Shown in pieces: positions 9,771-19,466 of a DNA stretch of 64,000 bases. The translations under genes were made by a program, and so were the position numbers. The stretch's first letter is position 1; every line of letters starts with the position of its first letter. The stretch is taken from NCBI GenBank assembly GCA_963771465.1, contig CAVYTU010000019.1, positions 96,001 through 160,000 of the forward strand, given 5' to 3'. This stretch comes from an uncultured delta proteobacterium. GTDB lineage: Bacteria > Desulfobacterota > Binatia > UBA9968. Below the pieces are notes generated by a model. That model was not told where the DNA came from, ran no database searches, and was given only the letters and a program-made list of their open reading frames with translations.

Positions 9771-11546
9771 ATGGCCAAAACTGAAACAAGATTGCCCCCC
9801 GGCGCGATGGCGTTGCCCAAATGGCGCATCGGACGTGCGCTGAAAAATAATGCGCTTTCGCTCGGCATCACCTTCCTACTTTTATGGGTCGTCGCGGCGC
9901 CGATCATCATGCTGCTGCTTTCCAGCCTGCGCGAAGGCAACTTTATTACTCCCGGCGCCTTTACCCTGGGCAACTATCGAACCGTATACTTGAGCGCGCT
10001 CACTTATCCCGCGCTGGTGAATACGCTCATCTACGCGGTCGCTGTCAGCGCCATCAGTCTCACCATGGCGACGATCTTCGCTTGGTTGGTGGAGCGCACC
10101 GACATGCCGGGCGCCAACTGGGCCTGGACGATGATGCTGCTGCCGCTCGCCATGCCCGGCATTCTGCGCAGCATGTCGTGGATTCTTCTGCTCAGTCCAA
10201 GAAGCGGTATCGTCAATGTCTACACCCGCGAGCTATTGGGATTTTTCGGGACGAAATTAGATACCGGGCCTTTCAATATATTTACTATGCCCGGAATGGT
10301 TTTTATCGAGGGCATGAGCGGCAGCACGACGTTGTTTCTGTTGATGGTCGGCGCCTTTCGCTTGATGGATCCGTCGATGGAAGAGGCCGCGCGAATCTCC
10401 GGCGCCGGCACCATGACGACACTGCGCCGGGTCACTCTCGGTCTGATGTTGCCGGCGGTGCTGGCGGCAGCGATGTACGCTTTTCTCGGCAACCTCGACG
10501 ACTTTGAAACGCCTCTGCTGATTGGACTTCAAGCCGGCATCTATCTGCTGCCGACCTTGATCTATTTCACCGCCTACGTCAGCCCGAGCTACGGATTAGC
10601 CACCGCCTATTCTTCGATCTTCATTCTCTTCACCATCGTCATGGTGTGGGTTTATTACCGGGTCATCATCCGCCGCTCGGATCGCTACGCCTCGATCACC
10701 GGCAAGGGCTTTCGGCCGCGCCGGCTTACCTTGGGCAAATGGCGCTGGCCGGCTCTGGGTCTGTTCATCGTTTTTTTCACGCTCAATATCATTCTGCCGT
10801 TCTTTACCTTACTCTGGGCCGCGTTATTGCCGAGTTACATGGTGCCATCGAAGGCCGCCTTGCAATATTTGACCCTCGACAATTTTGTCACGCTGATCAA
10901 TGAACCATCGATCGTCAACAGCACGCTCAACACGATTTTTCTCGGCGTCGTGACAGCTACGGGCACCATGGGCCTGTCCTATCTCGTCTCGTGGCTCATT
11001 GTCCGATTGAAAGTTAAAGGCGGCATGATCCTGGACGGCCTGGCATTTATCCCGCATGCGATCCCGACGGTTTCGATCACCTTGGCGCTCATCGTTTTGT
11101 ATCTCCATCCCGCGCTGCGCTGGATTCCGATCTACGGCACCATGTGGATCATGACGCTGGCGCTAATGACGCGCTACATCGCGTTTGGCACGCGAACGTC
11201 CAACTCGGCGATGACTCAAATTCACAAAGAGTTGGAAGAAGCCGCGCGCACCAGCGGCGCCAGCAAATTTACAACGCTGTTTAGAATCACCTTCCCGCTG
11301 CTTTTGCCGCCGTTCATTGGCGGCTGGGTTTGGGTATTTTCGCACACGATCCGAAGTTTCAGCATCCCGCTGATGCTCGCGACTCCCGGCAACGAAACCA
11401 TTGCCGTGGTGATGTATCATTACTGGGAACGCAAAGCCGATTTCTCGCTGGCGTCGACTTTAGGCGTGGTGATGCTGGTGGCGGTCGGTTTGCTCACCTT
11501 CGCCTCGCGCCGGTATATCTCCCAGGGATTTACCCGTAGCCAGTAG
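9771..11546 (+). CDS. ABC transporter permease, FbpB/ThiP-type with two fused membrane domains
   Basis: Two EAA loops (MEEAARISGAG, LEEAARTSGAS), ERTDMPG, YASITGKGFRP linker. Confidence 0.9.
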   Translation: MAKTETRLPPGAMALPKWRIGRALKNNALSLGITFLLLWVVAAPIIMLLLSSLREGNFITPGAFTLGNYRTVYLSALTYPALVNTLIYAVAVSAISLTMATIFAWLVERTDMPGANWAWTMMLLPLAMPGILRSMSWILLLSPRSGIVNVYTRELLGFFGTKLDTGPFNIFTMPGMVFIEGMSGSTTLFLLMVGAFRLMDPSMEEAARISGAGTMTTLRRVTLGLMLPAVLAAAMYAFLGNLDDFETPLLIGLQAGIYLLPTLIYFTAYVSPSYGLATAYSSIFILFTIVMVWVYYRVIIRRSDRYASITGKGFRPRRLTLGKWRWPALGLFIVFFTLNIILPFFTLLWAALLPSYMVPSKAALQYLTLDNFVTLINEPSIVNSTLNTIFLGVVTATGTMGLSYLVSWLIVRLKVKGGMILDGLAFIPHAIPTVSITLALIVLYLHPALRWIPIYGTMWIMTLALMTRYIAFGTRTSNSAMTQIHKELEEAARTSGASKFTTLFRITFPLLLPPFIGGWVWVFSHTIRSFSIPLMLATPGNETIAVVMYHYWERKADFSLASTLGVVMLVAVGLLTFASRRYISQGFTRSQ

Positions 11547-11850
11547 AGGGCAATCGAAGCGGCCAGGCGTTTGCTGCGCGATAGGTTGAATGGTGCGCTA
11601 TTTCCCGAGCTGGCGATTACAGTCGAGAGTTTGTTTGGATGGCTGCGCCCATCCAAAATAGCGCATGAATGAAATCGCTCTCAGTGGCGATAATACTCGC
11701 CATCCTGAGAAGAATTCCGTCGCGCCAGCGCTGAGAGCGGCCAGACATATCCATACAGTTCTGCTTATCTGAGGTTGCCCGACGCGACAAACAATATTCT
11801 TTATATCTTCCCGTGAGGGCCATAAAAAACAGCTGCGTGAGGGAAAACCA

Positions 11851-12843
11851 ATGAATATTCAGTTGAGCGTCGGCATGGCTCCCAATCCCCGCACCTGGCC
11901 GCTTTTCGACGGTCGGGTGAAACCCGACGGCATCGACCTGATCATGTCGCCGGTTCACGCTTCTGAATTATTTTGGCGCCAGCTTCGCTTCGCCGACTTC
12001 GACTTATCCGACATGTCGTTCTCGTCGTTGCTGATCGCCATTGCTCACGGCGATCAGCGTTGGGTTGGTTTGCCGATCTTCACCACCCGTCGTTTGTTTC
12101 ATACAGGGATTCTCGTGAGGCGCGATGCCGGGATTGACACTCCGGCCGATCTCAAGGGCAAACGCGTCGGCGTCCCAGAATACCAACAAACCGCTGCATT
12201 ATGGACGCGTGGCGCGCTGCAGCACGAGTTCGGCATCGAACCGAAGGATATGGAGTTTTGGATGGAGCGCGTTCCCGAGCAGAGCCACGGCGGCGCCACG
12301 GAATTCAAAGCGCCGCCGGGAGTCACGATTCATCAGATCCCGCTCGGCAAAGATATCGGCTCGATGATGCTTTCAGGCGAACTCCAAGCCGCGCTGCATT
12401 ACCTCGTCAACCAAAATCTCGTCGACCGCGCCAGCGCCGACCTTTGGAACCACCCAGCGATAAAATACTTATTCCCGGATCCGAAAGCGGAAGGCATCAG
12501 GTATTTCAACAAGACGGGAATTTATCCGATCAACCACTGCGTCGCGCTCAAACGGGATGTCGCCGAGAAGCATCCCTGGACGATTCTCAATATCTATAAG
12601 GCCTTCGAGCGCGCCAATGCCATCGCCAACGAACAACGGATGGAACACGTCAACTACTACCTCGAGACCGGCCGGCTGCCGCCGGATGCGAAAGCGGCGC
12701 TGGCGACTCCGTTGGTCCAATACGGCATAAAAGCCAACCGTAAAGTGTTGGAAACCGCCGCGCAATATTCAGTCGAGCAAGGCTTGACGCCGCGGCTCTA
12801 CAAGCTCGACGACGTGTTTGCGCCAAGTACTCTGCAGCAATAA
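11851..12843 (+). CDS. 4,5-dihydroxyphthalate decarboxylase-like protein (Pht5/OphC family, SBP-like fold)
   Basis: PLFDGRVKPDGIDL, ELFWRQLRFADFD, DLKGKRVGVPEYQQTAALW, TGIYPINH motifs. Confidence 0.78.
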   Translation: MNIQLSVGMAPNPRTWPLFDGRVKPDGIDLIMSPVHASELFWRQLRFADFDLSDMSFSSLLIAIAHGDQRWVGLPIFTTRRLFHTGILVRRDAGIDTPADLKGKRVGVPEYQQTAALWTRGALQHEFGIEPKDMEFWMERVPEQSHGGATEFKAPPGVTIHQIPLGKDIGSMMLSGELQAALHYLVNQNLVDRASADLWNHPAIKYLFPDPKAEGIRYFNKTGIYPINHCVALKRDVAEKHPWTILNIYKAFERANAIANEQRMEHVNYYLETGRLPPDAKAALATPLVQYGIKANRKVLETAAQYSVEQGLTPRLYKLDDVFAPSTLQQ

Positions 12844-12868
12844 AAATCGTAAATGGACGAGTGACACG

Positions 12869-13816
12869 ATGATTCTAATCACCGGCGGTCTTGGCTTTAT
12901 CGGCCTCCACACCGCGAAACGTTTCTTAGACGTTGGCGAGCAGGTCGTGCTTACGCAATTTCGCGTCCGGCGCGAACCCGATTTCATCAAAGCTGAGATC
13001 GGCAAACGCGCGTTCATCGAGAGGCTCGATGTCACGGCGAGCCACGATGTGATCGACATCGTGCGCAAGCACAAGGTCACCGGCGTCGTCCACCTCGCCG
13101 TTCCCGGCCTTGGAGCTTTATCCGCGGCGGAAGATTACCGCATGAACGTGATGGGATTCTTAAATATCCTCGAGGCCGCAAGGTTGTTTGACGTAAAGCG
13201 GGTAAGCTTGGCGAGCTCCGTAGCCGTCTACGCCGGCCTTGCCGAGGGTCCTTTCCGTGAAGACGCGCTCGTGCCGATACCATCCGGCAATCCCACCGAG
13301 ACATTCAAAAAAGCGCTGGAGATCCTCGGCATGCACTACGCCTCTCGGACAAATCTCGAGGTCGTCGCATTGCGCATCGGGACTCCGTTCGGGCCGCTCT
13401 ATCACAGCCTAGCGGCGCCGACGAGTCGGATCATTCATGCCGCGGCGAAAGGCGTGGCCGCGGATTTTACCGGTGCGCGCGGCGGCCCACCGCATCAAGA
13501 GGACGACACTGGCGCGTTTTACGTCAAGGACTGCGCCGCGGCAATCCAGCTGCTGCAGATGGCCGACAAACTGACGCACAGAATTTTCAATATCAGCAGT
13601 GAAGGACCGATGAAGTACCACCAGTTTGTCGAGGTGGTGAAAAAAGTCGCTCCGAGCGCGCGCGTCGACTTGCCGCCGGGCCGTGGCCCGCGCCACCGAC
13701 CGGACGCTTACATGGATGTCTCCCGGCTGAAGCAAGAAGTGGGTTACCGGCCGGAGTACACGATCGAGCGCGCGGTGGAGGAATACATCGACTGGCTAAA
13801 GAAATATCCCGAATGA
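12869..13816 (+). CDS. NAD-dependent epimerase/dehydratase (extended SDR)
   Basis: ILITGGLGFIG Rossmann motif, VHLA, ASSVAVY; the YxxxK position reads TETFK. Confidence 0.85.
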   Translation: MILITGGLGFIGLHTAKRFLDVGEQVVLTQFRVRREPDFIKAEIGKRAFIERLDVTASHDVIDIVRKHKVTGVVHLAVPGLGALSAAEDYRMNVMGFLNILEAARLFDVKRVSLASSVAVYAGLAEGPFREDALVPIPSGNPTETFKKALEILGMHYASRTNLEVVALRIGTPFGPLYHSLAAPTSRIIHAAAKGVAADFTGARGGPPHQEDDTGAFYVKDCAAAIQLLQMADKLTHRIFNISSEGPMKYHQFVEVVKKVAPSARVDLPPGRGPRHRPDAYMDVSRLKQEVGYRPEYTIERAVEEYIDWLKKYPE

Positions 13817-13875
13817 TATGCGCGAGTGAACGGTGTAGATAATTATTGGCAAATTCTTCGTAGGAGGAGCGAGCG

Positions 13876-15174
13876 ATGCTTACTCGTGAAGAGAATGAAC
13901 GATTGACACGCGTGGGCCGCGGCACGCCGACGGGCGAACTGCTGCGGCGGTTTTGGCTGCCGTTCCTACTCACCGCCGATTTGTCCGAGCCTGACGGAGC
14001 GCCCGTGCGGGTAGGCTTGCTCGGCGAAAGGCTCTTGGCGTTTCGCGACACCAGCGGCCGCATCGGGCTGATCGACCGCGCCTGCGCGCACCGCTGCGCC
14101 GATCTGTTTTTCGGCCGCAATGAAGAGAACGGTCTGCGCTGTACTTACCATGGCTGGAAATACGACGTGGAAGGTAAATGCTTGGACATGCCGACCGAAG
14201 ATTCGGAAAGTTCTTTCAAAGATAATATCAAGCTCACCGCATACCCGGTGCGCGAGCGGGCGGGAATTTTGTGGACCTACATGGGTCCCAAAGAGCAAAT
14301 TCCCGAGCTGCCGGAATTTGAATGGGCACGAGTTCCCGATGGGCACCGATTTATTTCGTGGAACTTCCAGAAAAACAACTTCGTTCAGGCGATCGACGGC
14401 GGCATCGACACCGTCCATTCGGTATTTCTCCACAGCTCACTGGACTCCCATCACCGGCTTGATCAATGGCAGAAACAGGCGAAGCGTGACGGAGACGCGC
14501 GCCTGATGCATCGAGTGCGCACCAATCCGCCCAAGTTGGTCGCCAAGGATACCGACTATGGCGTCCTGATCGGCGGCAAGTATCGTGGCCGCGACGGCAC
14601 CGACTACTGGCGTTACAATAATTTTCTCATGCCGTTTTACACCATGCCTCCAGGCGGCGGCAGCGGTCTTAGCAAGAAAATTGCCCACGCCTTTGTGCCC
14701 ATCGACGACGAAAGTTGCATACGCTGGGTGTTCACCTGGAATTTTGCCGAGCCTTTGAGCGCAAAAGAAATCGCGGAGATGCGCGCCGGTTCGAGCGTCC
14801 ACGTGGAATTTATTCCGGGCACGCACTACCCGGCGCGAAACATGTCCAATGATTATCTGATCGACCGTGAGTCGCAAAAAACTCTGACGTTCACCGGCAT
14901 CAAAGGAATTGGCGAGCAAGATTTTTCGGTGCAAGAGGGCATGGGTGCAGTCGTCGACCGCACTCGGGAACATCTCGGCAGTAGCGATATCGGCATCGTC
15001 GCCATGCGCCGGCGGCTACTCAAGGCAGCGGCTGATCTTCAGGAAGGCGTCGCGCCGTACGCGGCGCTGCATGGCGACGTCTATCGAATACGGTCGGCTG
15101 AATTGGTCCTGCCTGCGGATGCGCCATGGGACGAAAATGAGAATTTGAAAGCAGCGATGACGGCAACCTGGTAG
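13876..15174 (+). CDS. Rieske non-heme iron oxygenase alpha subunit (phthalate 4,5-dioxygenase/LigXa-like)
   Basis: CAHRCADL...CTYHGWKY; DGGIDTVHSVFLH; EQDFSVQEGMGAVVDRTREHLG; RBS AGGAGG. Confidence 0.92.
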   Translation: MLTREENERLTRVGRGTPTGELLRRFWLPFLLTADLSEPDGAPVRVGLLGERLLAFRDTSGRIGLIDRACAHRCADLFFGRNEENGLRCTYHGWKYDVEGKCLDMPTEDSESSFKDNIKLTAYPVRERAGILWTYMGPKEQIPELPEFEWARVPDGHRFISWNFQKNNFVQAIDGGIDTVHSVFLHSSLDSHHRLDQWQKQAKRDGDARLMHRVRTNPPKLVAKDTDYGVLIGGKYRGRDGTDYWRYNNFLMPFYTMPPGGGSGLSKKIAHAFVPIDDESCIRWVFTWNFAEPLSAKEIAEMRAGSSVHVEFIPGTHYPARNMSNDYLIDRESQKTLTFTGIKGIGEQDFSVQEGMGAVVDRTREHLGSSDIGIVAMRRRLLKAAADLQEGVAPYAALHGDVYRIRSAELVLPADAPWDENENLKAAMTATW

Positions 15175-15346
15175 TTGCCGAGGATGCGAACCGGATGGAG
15201 ACGCGCGGGCGAAGATATCGGCCGGGAAAATCGCGTCGTCCAGATCGGCGAGCATTACTGTATCACGGACAAAAGTGCGCTCAGACTCGGCAAACGGGAA
15301 CTAAAAATTCTACCGACCGAAGCGTGAAGGCATTATAATAGCCTTC

Positions 15347-16339
15347 ATGAGAAGCTTCTCGCGTGGCTTGCTGATTGCGACGTTAGTTGTAGCGCCTTTA
15401 GCTTCGGCTGTTGGCGAGGCGATAAAATCGCAACGGCCAATGCCGATACTGCGCGCCGGAAATTCCGGGCCGAAGCAGCCCGTCCGCTTTGCCGCAGCGA
15501 ACTCCCGAAGCGATCCGATCACCTTGGGTATTGCCTCGATCAATACGCAAAAAAAGATCGCTGAGTATCAGGACTTTGTTAATTACCTCACCCGCAAGCT
15601 CACGTCGCGAAACAATCGCCGGGGCACGCTGCATGTTGTCCCGACGCCGTTCGAGCTCGCCCAGCTGCTGATCGACCATAAAATCGATTTTTTCATGGAC
15701 AGCCCCTATCCCACGCATAGAGTCAACGCGCACGCAGGCTCGCGGTTGCTAGCGCGCCGCTGGAAAAACGGAGTCAGCGAATACCGCAGCGTAATCATTA
15801 CCCGCAGAGATAGCGGCCTCGCACGGTTGGAGGATTTGCGCGGAACGATCATCGCATTTGAAGATCGTGACTCCACGTCGGGTTACTTTTTGCCCAGAAC
15901 GCTGCTGGCGCGCAAAGGGCTCGATCTTCGGCAATTGTCGTCGTTCAATGAAACCGCGGCACCAAAGGAAATCGGTTACCTCTTCGCCGGTAGCTCGGAA
16001 ATCACTGTCATCGAATGGGTGCTTGGCAAAAACGTGGCGGCTGGCGCGGTGAGCGACAACGACCTAGAGCGACTCGATAGTAAAAAGCGAGCTGAACTCA
16101 TGGTCCTCACGGCATCGGATCCGTTGCCCCGTTATTTGGTATCCGTACGCAAAGAATTAGCGCCTCGATTTGGCAATCAGCTCAAGAGTGTCTTGCTCGC
16201 CATGCATCTTGATCCTGAAGGGAAGAATATTCTTCGCAAAATGGAAAATACCACCAAATTCGATGCATTGCCCCTCGCCCACGAAGACTTACAGCGCCGG
16301 CTGTTCGGCATGCCGCCGAACGGAAGCCCGGCCAATTAA
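15347..16339 (+). CDS. Phosphate/phosphite/phosphonate-type solute-binding protein (PhnD-like)
   Basis: Signal peptide; YRSVIITRRDSG, DLRGTIIAFEDRDSTSGYFLP, AAGAVSD. Confidence 0.8.
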   Translation: MRSFSRGLLIATLVVAPLASAVGEAIKSQRPMPILRAGNSGPKQPVRFAAANSRSDPITLGIASINTQKKIAEYQDFVNYLTRKLTSRNNRRGTLHVVPTPFELAQLLIDHKIDFFMDSPYPTHRVNAHAGSRLLARRWKNGVSEYRSVIITRRDSGLARLEDLRGTIIAFEDRDSTSGYFLPRTLLARKGLDLRQLSSFNETAAPKEIGYLFAGSSEITVIEWVLGKNVAAGAVSDNDLERLDSKKRAELMVLTASDPLPRYLVSVRKELAPRFGNQLKSVLLAMHLDPEGKNILRKMENTTKFDALPLAHEDLQRRLFGMPPNGSPAN

Positions 16340-16340
16340 T

Positions 16341-17327
16341 CTAGGAAATCTCGGTAAAGTACGGTATCGCTCTGAGCGCCATGCTGGCGGCGAGAATTCC
16401 CAGCGACGTCAAGGCGAATGGATAAAACCACGGCACTTGCCGGTCCAAGGTTTTCACTAGGAACGCGCCCCTTTCGGTGTTGTTGATATCGGCGTAAGCG
16501 CTTTGGAGCTGCTGCGCGTCGCGCACGTCATAATATTTACCGCCGGTGCTTTCCACCGCGGCGATGAGCCGCGGCGCGTCGCGCACCCGATCGACCTCGA
16601 CGCCGATGAAGTGGATCTTAAAATTTTCCGCCTTAGCTTTCGTGATCGCCTCGTAGAGATCCCGGCCGGTATTGTTCTCGCCGTCCGTGAGCACCACCAT
16701 GACTTTGCCTTTGGTCGCTCCTCTGCCCTCGCGCGCCTGCTTCAACGCCAGGTCGACCGAAGTAAAAATTCCTTCGCCGATGGCCGTTTGACCTTCGCCG
16801 GCGAGAGTCTTGTTATCGACCATTTGGAGGTAACGCCGAACATAGGCCTCATCGAAGGTCATCGGCGCCACGACATAACCGTTCTCGGAAAAAACGACAA
16901 TCGCCAATCGGTCATCCTGGCGCCGCTGCACGAATGCCGACATCGCCTCCTTGACAGCTTCAAGACGGCTCTTTTCTCTGGTCTTGATCCCCTGCCTGAG
17001 TCGCTCCAAAGAGCCCTTAAGATCGATCGGCTCCTGCATGCTCGACGACAGGTCGAGTACCATGACGATGTCCAACCCCTGCTTCGCCACCAAACGTTCC
17101 GCGTAGGGCAGCACCGGATCTAACAAGGCGACGACCAAAAAACCAAGCGCGACGTATTCGAGAAACTTAGGCAAGAAGACCAGGGGAGAGGCCGGGCGCA
17201 GATGCGGCTTGAGATAGAACAAGAGCGGGTGAACAAAATAATTCTTCCGGCGCCGCCAGCGAATCAGCAAGACCACGCCGATAATCGCGAGTAGAATCCA
17301 GAGCAGATCGAGCCGGGCAAATTGCAT
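16341..17327 (-). CDS. Membrane-anchored VWA protein (BatA/MxaC-like)
   Basis: N- and C-terminal TM segments; MIDAS DLSSSM, TAIGEGI, VLTDGENN. Confidence 0.88.
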   Translation of the reverse strand: MQFARLDLLWILLAIIGVVLLIRWRRRKNYFVHPLLFYLKPHLRPASPLVFLPKFLEYVALGFLVVALLDPVLPYAERLVAKQGLDIVMVLDLSSSMQEPIDLKGSLERLRQGIKTREKSRLEAVKEAMSAFVQRRQDDRLAIVVFSENGYVVAPMTFDEAYVRRYLQMVDNKTLAGEGQTAIGEGIFTSVDLALKQAREGRGATKGKVMVVLTDGENNTGRDLYEAITKAKAENFKIHFIGVEVDRVRDAPRLIAAVESTGGKYYDVRDAQQLQSAYADINNTERGAFLVKTLDRQVPWFYPFALTSLGILAASMALRAIPYFTEIS

Positions 17328-17503
17328 TATTCGTTCCCGTGCATTAGTTCAATGCCGCGAGCAGTACCGACATCAGACCGAGCGTCTTTTCATCACAAAG
17401 CCGGCAGGGGCAACCACCAGTGTAGTCGCTAAAACTCGGTATTCCATTATTGCGTTCTTTGCGGTTAATACTCCGAAGCTTGAACCTCGTGTACGATTCG
17501 GCG

Positions 17504-18475
17504 TTAGTGGCGCGCCAGGTCGGCGAATTTGCCGAGATCACCCTGCACTTGATCGCGCCAGTCTTTCCCCAGTTGAATACCTTGCGGGCTATAGAGCACC
17601 TGCTCGCAGCGCTCTAAAATACTTTTTACCGGCGCGCTCAGACCGTTCTGTCCGTGCTCTCGCAACATGGTTTCAATTTCCTGGGCGGTGAGACTTGCCG
17701 CTTCGATTTCCAACGACTCGCTCAAATAGCTGCGTAGGAACTGGCTCACTTGGGAATAATAACGCTGCTGATCCCCGGGAGATTCTCTGCCGATCGCTTG
17801 CGTTTGCTGCATGAAATCGCGCACCCTGCGCCGCCGCGCGCGCCGGCTGAGACGCTTTTTCACGGGTTTTTCTCGATGCGATTTCGCCCACAGACGGCGA
17901 ACCAACTGGATCATCAGCAATAGGAGTCCTGCCAATCCGAGAGCGATTGGAATAATCCATCTCTGTCTCGTCACTTGCCATAGATCACGGTTATCGCGAA
18001 GTCGCAGAGTGTCGGCGGTCAAAGTGGAACGCAGTCCCACTTTGGTAACCGGCACCGGCACGGACTCGGCCGCGCTTTCGCCGGCCGCGCGGGCTGCGCC
18101 CGTGCGGGTGAAATAATAGAGCGGAAACGACGGAATCCTGAGCTCCACGTGGCCGCTCTCGTAGGTGGTAAGAAGGATTTTGACTTCAGTGACCTGTTTG
18201 TTCGCTCCCAACGAGCCCTGACGCACGGCGATCTCGCGCACCACGAACGGCGCTAAATTCAGGTTTTCCTTTTTTAGATTGTCGACGACGATTTCGATAG
18301 TGGGATCATGCACCGCTTTGACAGTGTAATAAAAAGTATCGCCGACCCATATCGCGGTCCGGTCGAGCTGCGTCGACAGCACGATCTTAGCTTCTTTGGG
18401 TTTTTGAACCGGCGCGGCGGCGCTGAGTGTTAGGAAAGCGAGTAGCAATAACCCCATTGATTGAAGCGACTTCAT
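17504..18475 (-). CDS. Exported/membrane protein of MoxR-VWA clusters (MxaA/BatD-like)
   Basis: Signal peptide, beta-rich domain, one TM helix, C-terminal YYSQVSQFLRSYLSE...SLTAQEI; overlaps the DUF58 stop codon. Confidence 0.6.
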   Translation of the reverse strand: MKSLQSMGLLLLAFLTLSAAAPVQKPKEAKIVLSTQLDRTAIWVGDTFYYTVKAVHDPTIEIVVDNLKKENLNLAPFVVREIAVRQGSLGANKQVTEVKILLTTYESGHVELRIPSFPLYYFTRTGAARAAGESAAESVPVPVTKVGLRSTLTADTLRLRDNRDLWQVTRQRWIIPIALGLAGLLLLMIQLVRRLWAKSHREKPVKKRLSRRARRRRVRDFMQQTQAIGRESPGDQQRYYSQVSQFLRSYLSESLEIEAASLTAQEIETMLREHGQNGLSAPVKSILERCEQVLYSPQGIQLGKDWRDQVQGDLGKFADLARH

Positions 18476-19356
18476 TTACGCCTCTTACGCGCCAGGAAGA
18501 AACCCAAGAGCGAATCCAAGTAGGGCGAACCGACGGGGAGAAACAGATGATCCAGATTGAGATGATAAAATGATCGCTGCAGGCCAACCCTGCGCTCGTG
18601 CATGAGCGTGCGATATATATTTTTGTTGTGCCGGTTAAGATTGACCACCAACGCGCCGCCCGACTCGGCGTCGTGGAAACGCACGAACCCTTTGCCGCCG
18701 GGCAGCGCGGTGTCCCACTCGTCTTCAATAACAATGGGCATGAGATCATGCTTGCGCGCCAGATGGCTCAGCGCATGGGAGTGAAAACGATCTTCCACCT
18801 GAACGAAGTCCGAGATCAAAAACAATAGCGTCGACGTCGTCAGCCGCGTCAGCAGATGTTCGAACGGGAGACTGAAGTCGGTGCGCGTCGATCGCGGTTT
18901 TGCGTTCCACAGCGTTTCGACGACGCGCCAACTGTGCGCCTGTCCTTGCTTTAATGGCATATCCAATTCTATGCGATCGGTGAAGCCGAGCAGACCGACT
19001 TTCATATTGTCGCTGGCGGCGGAGAAAGCCAAAGTCGCGGCGATCCGCACCAGCAACTCGCGCTTCGAGCCATCGACGCTGGCGAAGTCCATGGAACGTG
19101 ACAAGTCGGCGATGATCACCGCGCTTAATTCCTTTTCTTCAAAGTCTTTCTTCACGAACGGATAACCCATGCGCGCCGTGGCGTTCCAGTCGATCTGCCG
19201 GTAGTCATCGCCATGCTGATAGCGCTTGTGCTGATCGAACTCGAAGCCACGCCCGCGCAAGGGGCTGCGATAATCGCCCACATGATGATCCCGCACCGCC
19301 TTGCGCGTATAGATCTCCAGATAGCGAAGTTCTTCCATTAGTTCTTGGGGAATCAT
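18472..19356 (-). CDS. DUF58 protein (MxaS-like)
   Basis: GDYRSPLRGRGFEF, YQHGDDYRQIDWNATAR, DLSRSM, FLISDF. Confidence 0.9.
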   Translation of the reverse strand: MIPQELMEELRYLEIYTRKAVRDHHVGDYRSPLRGRGFEFDQHKRYQHGDDYRQIDWNATARMGYPFVKKDFEEKELSAVIIADLSRSMDFASVDGSKRELLVRIAATLAFSAASDNMKVGLLGFTDRIELDMPLKQGQAHSWRVVETLWNAKPRSTRTDFSLPFEHLLTRLTTSTLLFLISDFVQVEDRFHSHALSHLARKHDLMPIVIEDEWDTALPGGKGFVRFHDAESGGALVVNLNRHNKNIYRTLMHERRVGLQRSFYHLNLDHLFLPVGSPYLDSLLGFFLARKRRK

Positions 19357-19466
19357 TTAGTCACACCTCGCCCCCACTCCACACGAAAGGGTGAAGGGTA
19401 AGCGGTTTTAGCGCGAGAATTGTTTTCATTTACAATTTGGAATTTTTAATTTTAAATTGAATCGTC

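Noticed and set aside
17344-17541. 65-aa ORF within the MoxR-VWA cluster
   Set aside because: Overlaps the upstream gene end and has no RBS or motif
19424-19460. TTT(T)CAA-like heptamer run, and the CTGACT(C/T) run at ~57772-57800
   Set aside because: Short, degenerate, low-complexity intergenic tracts with no associated gene; not enough to call
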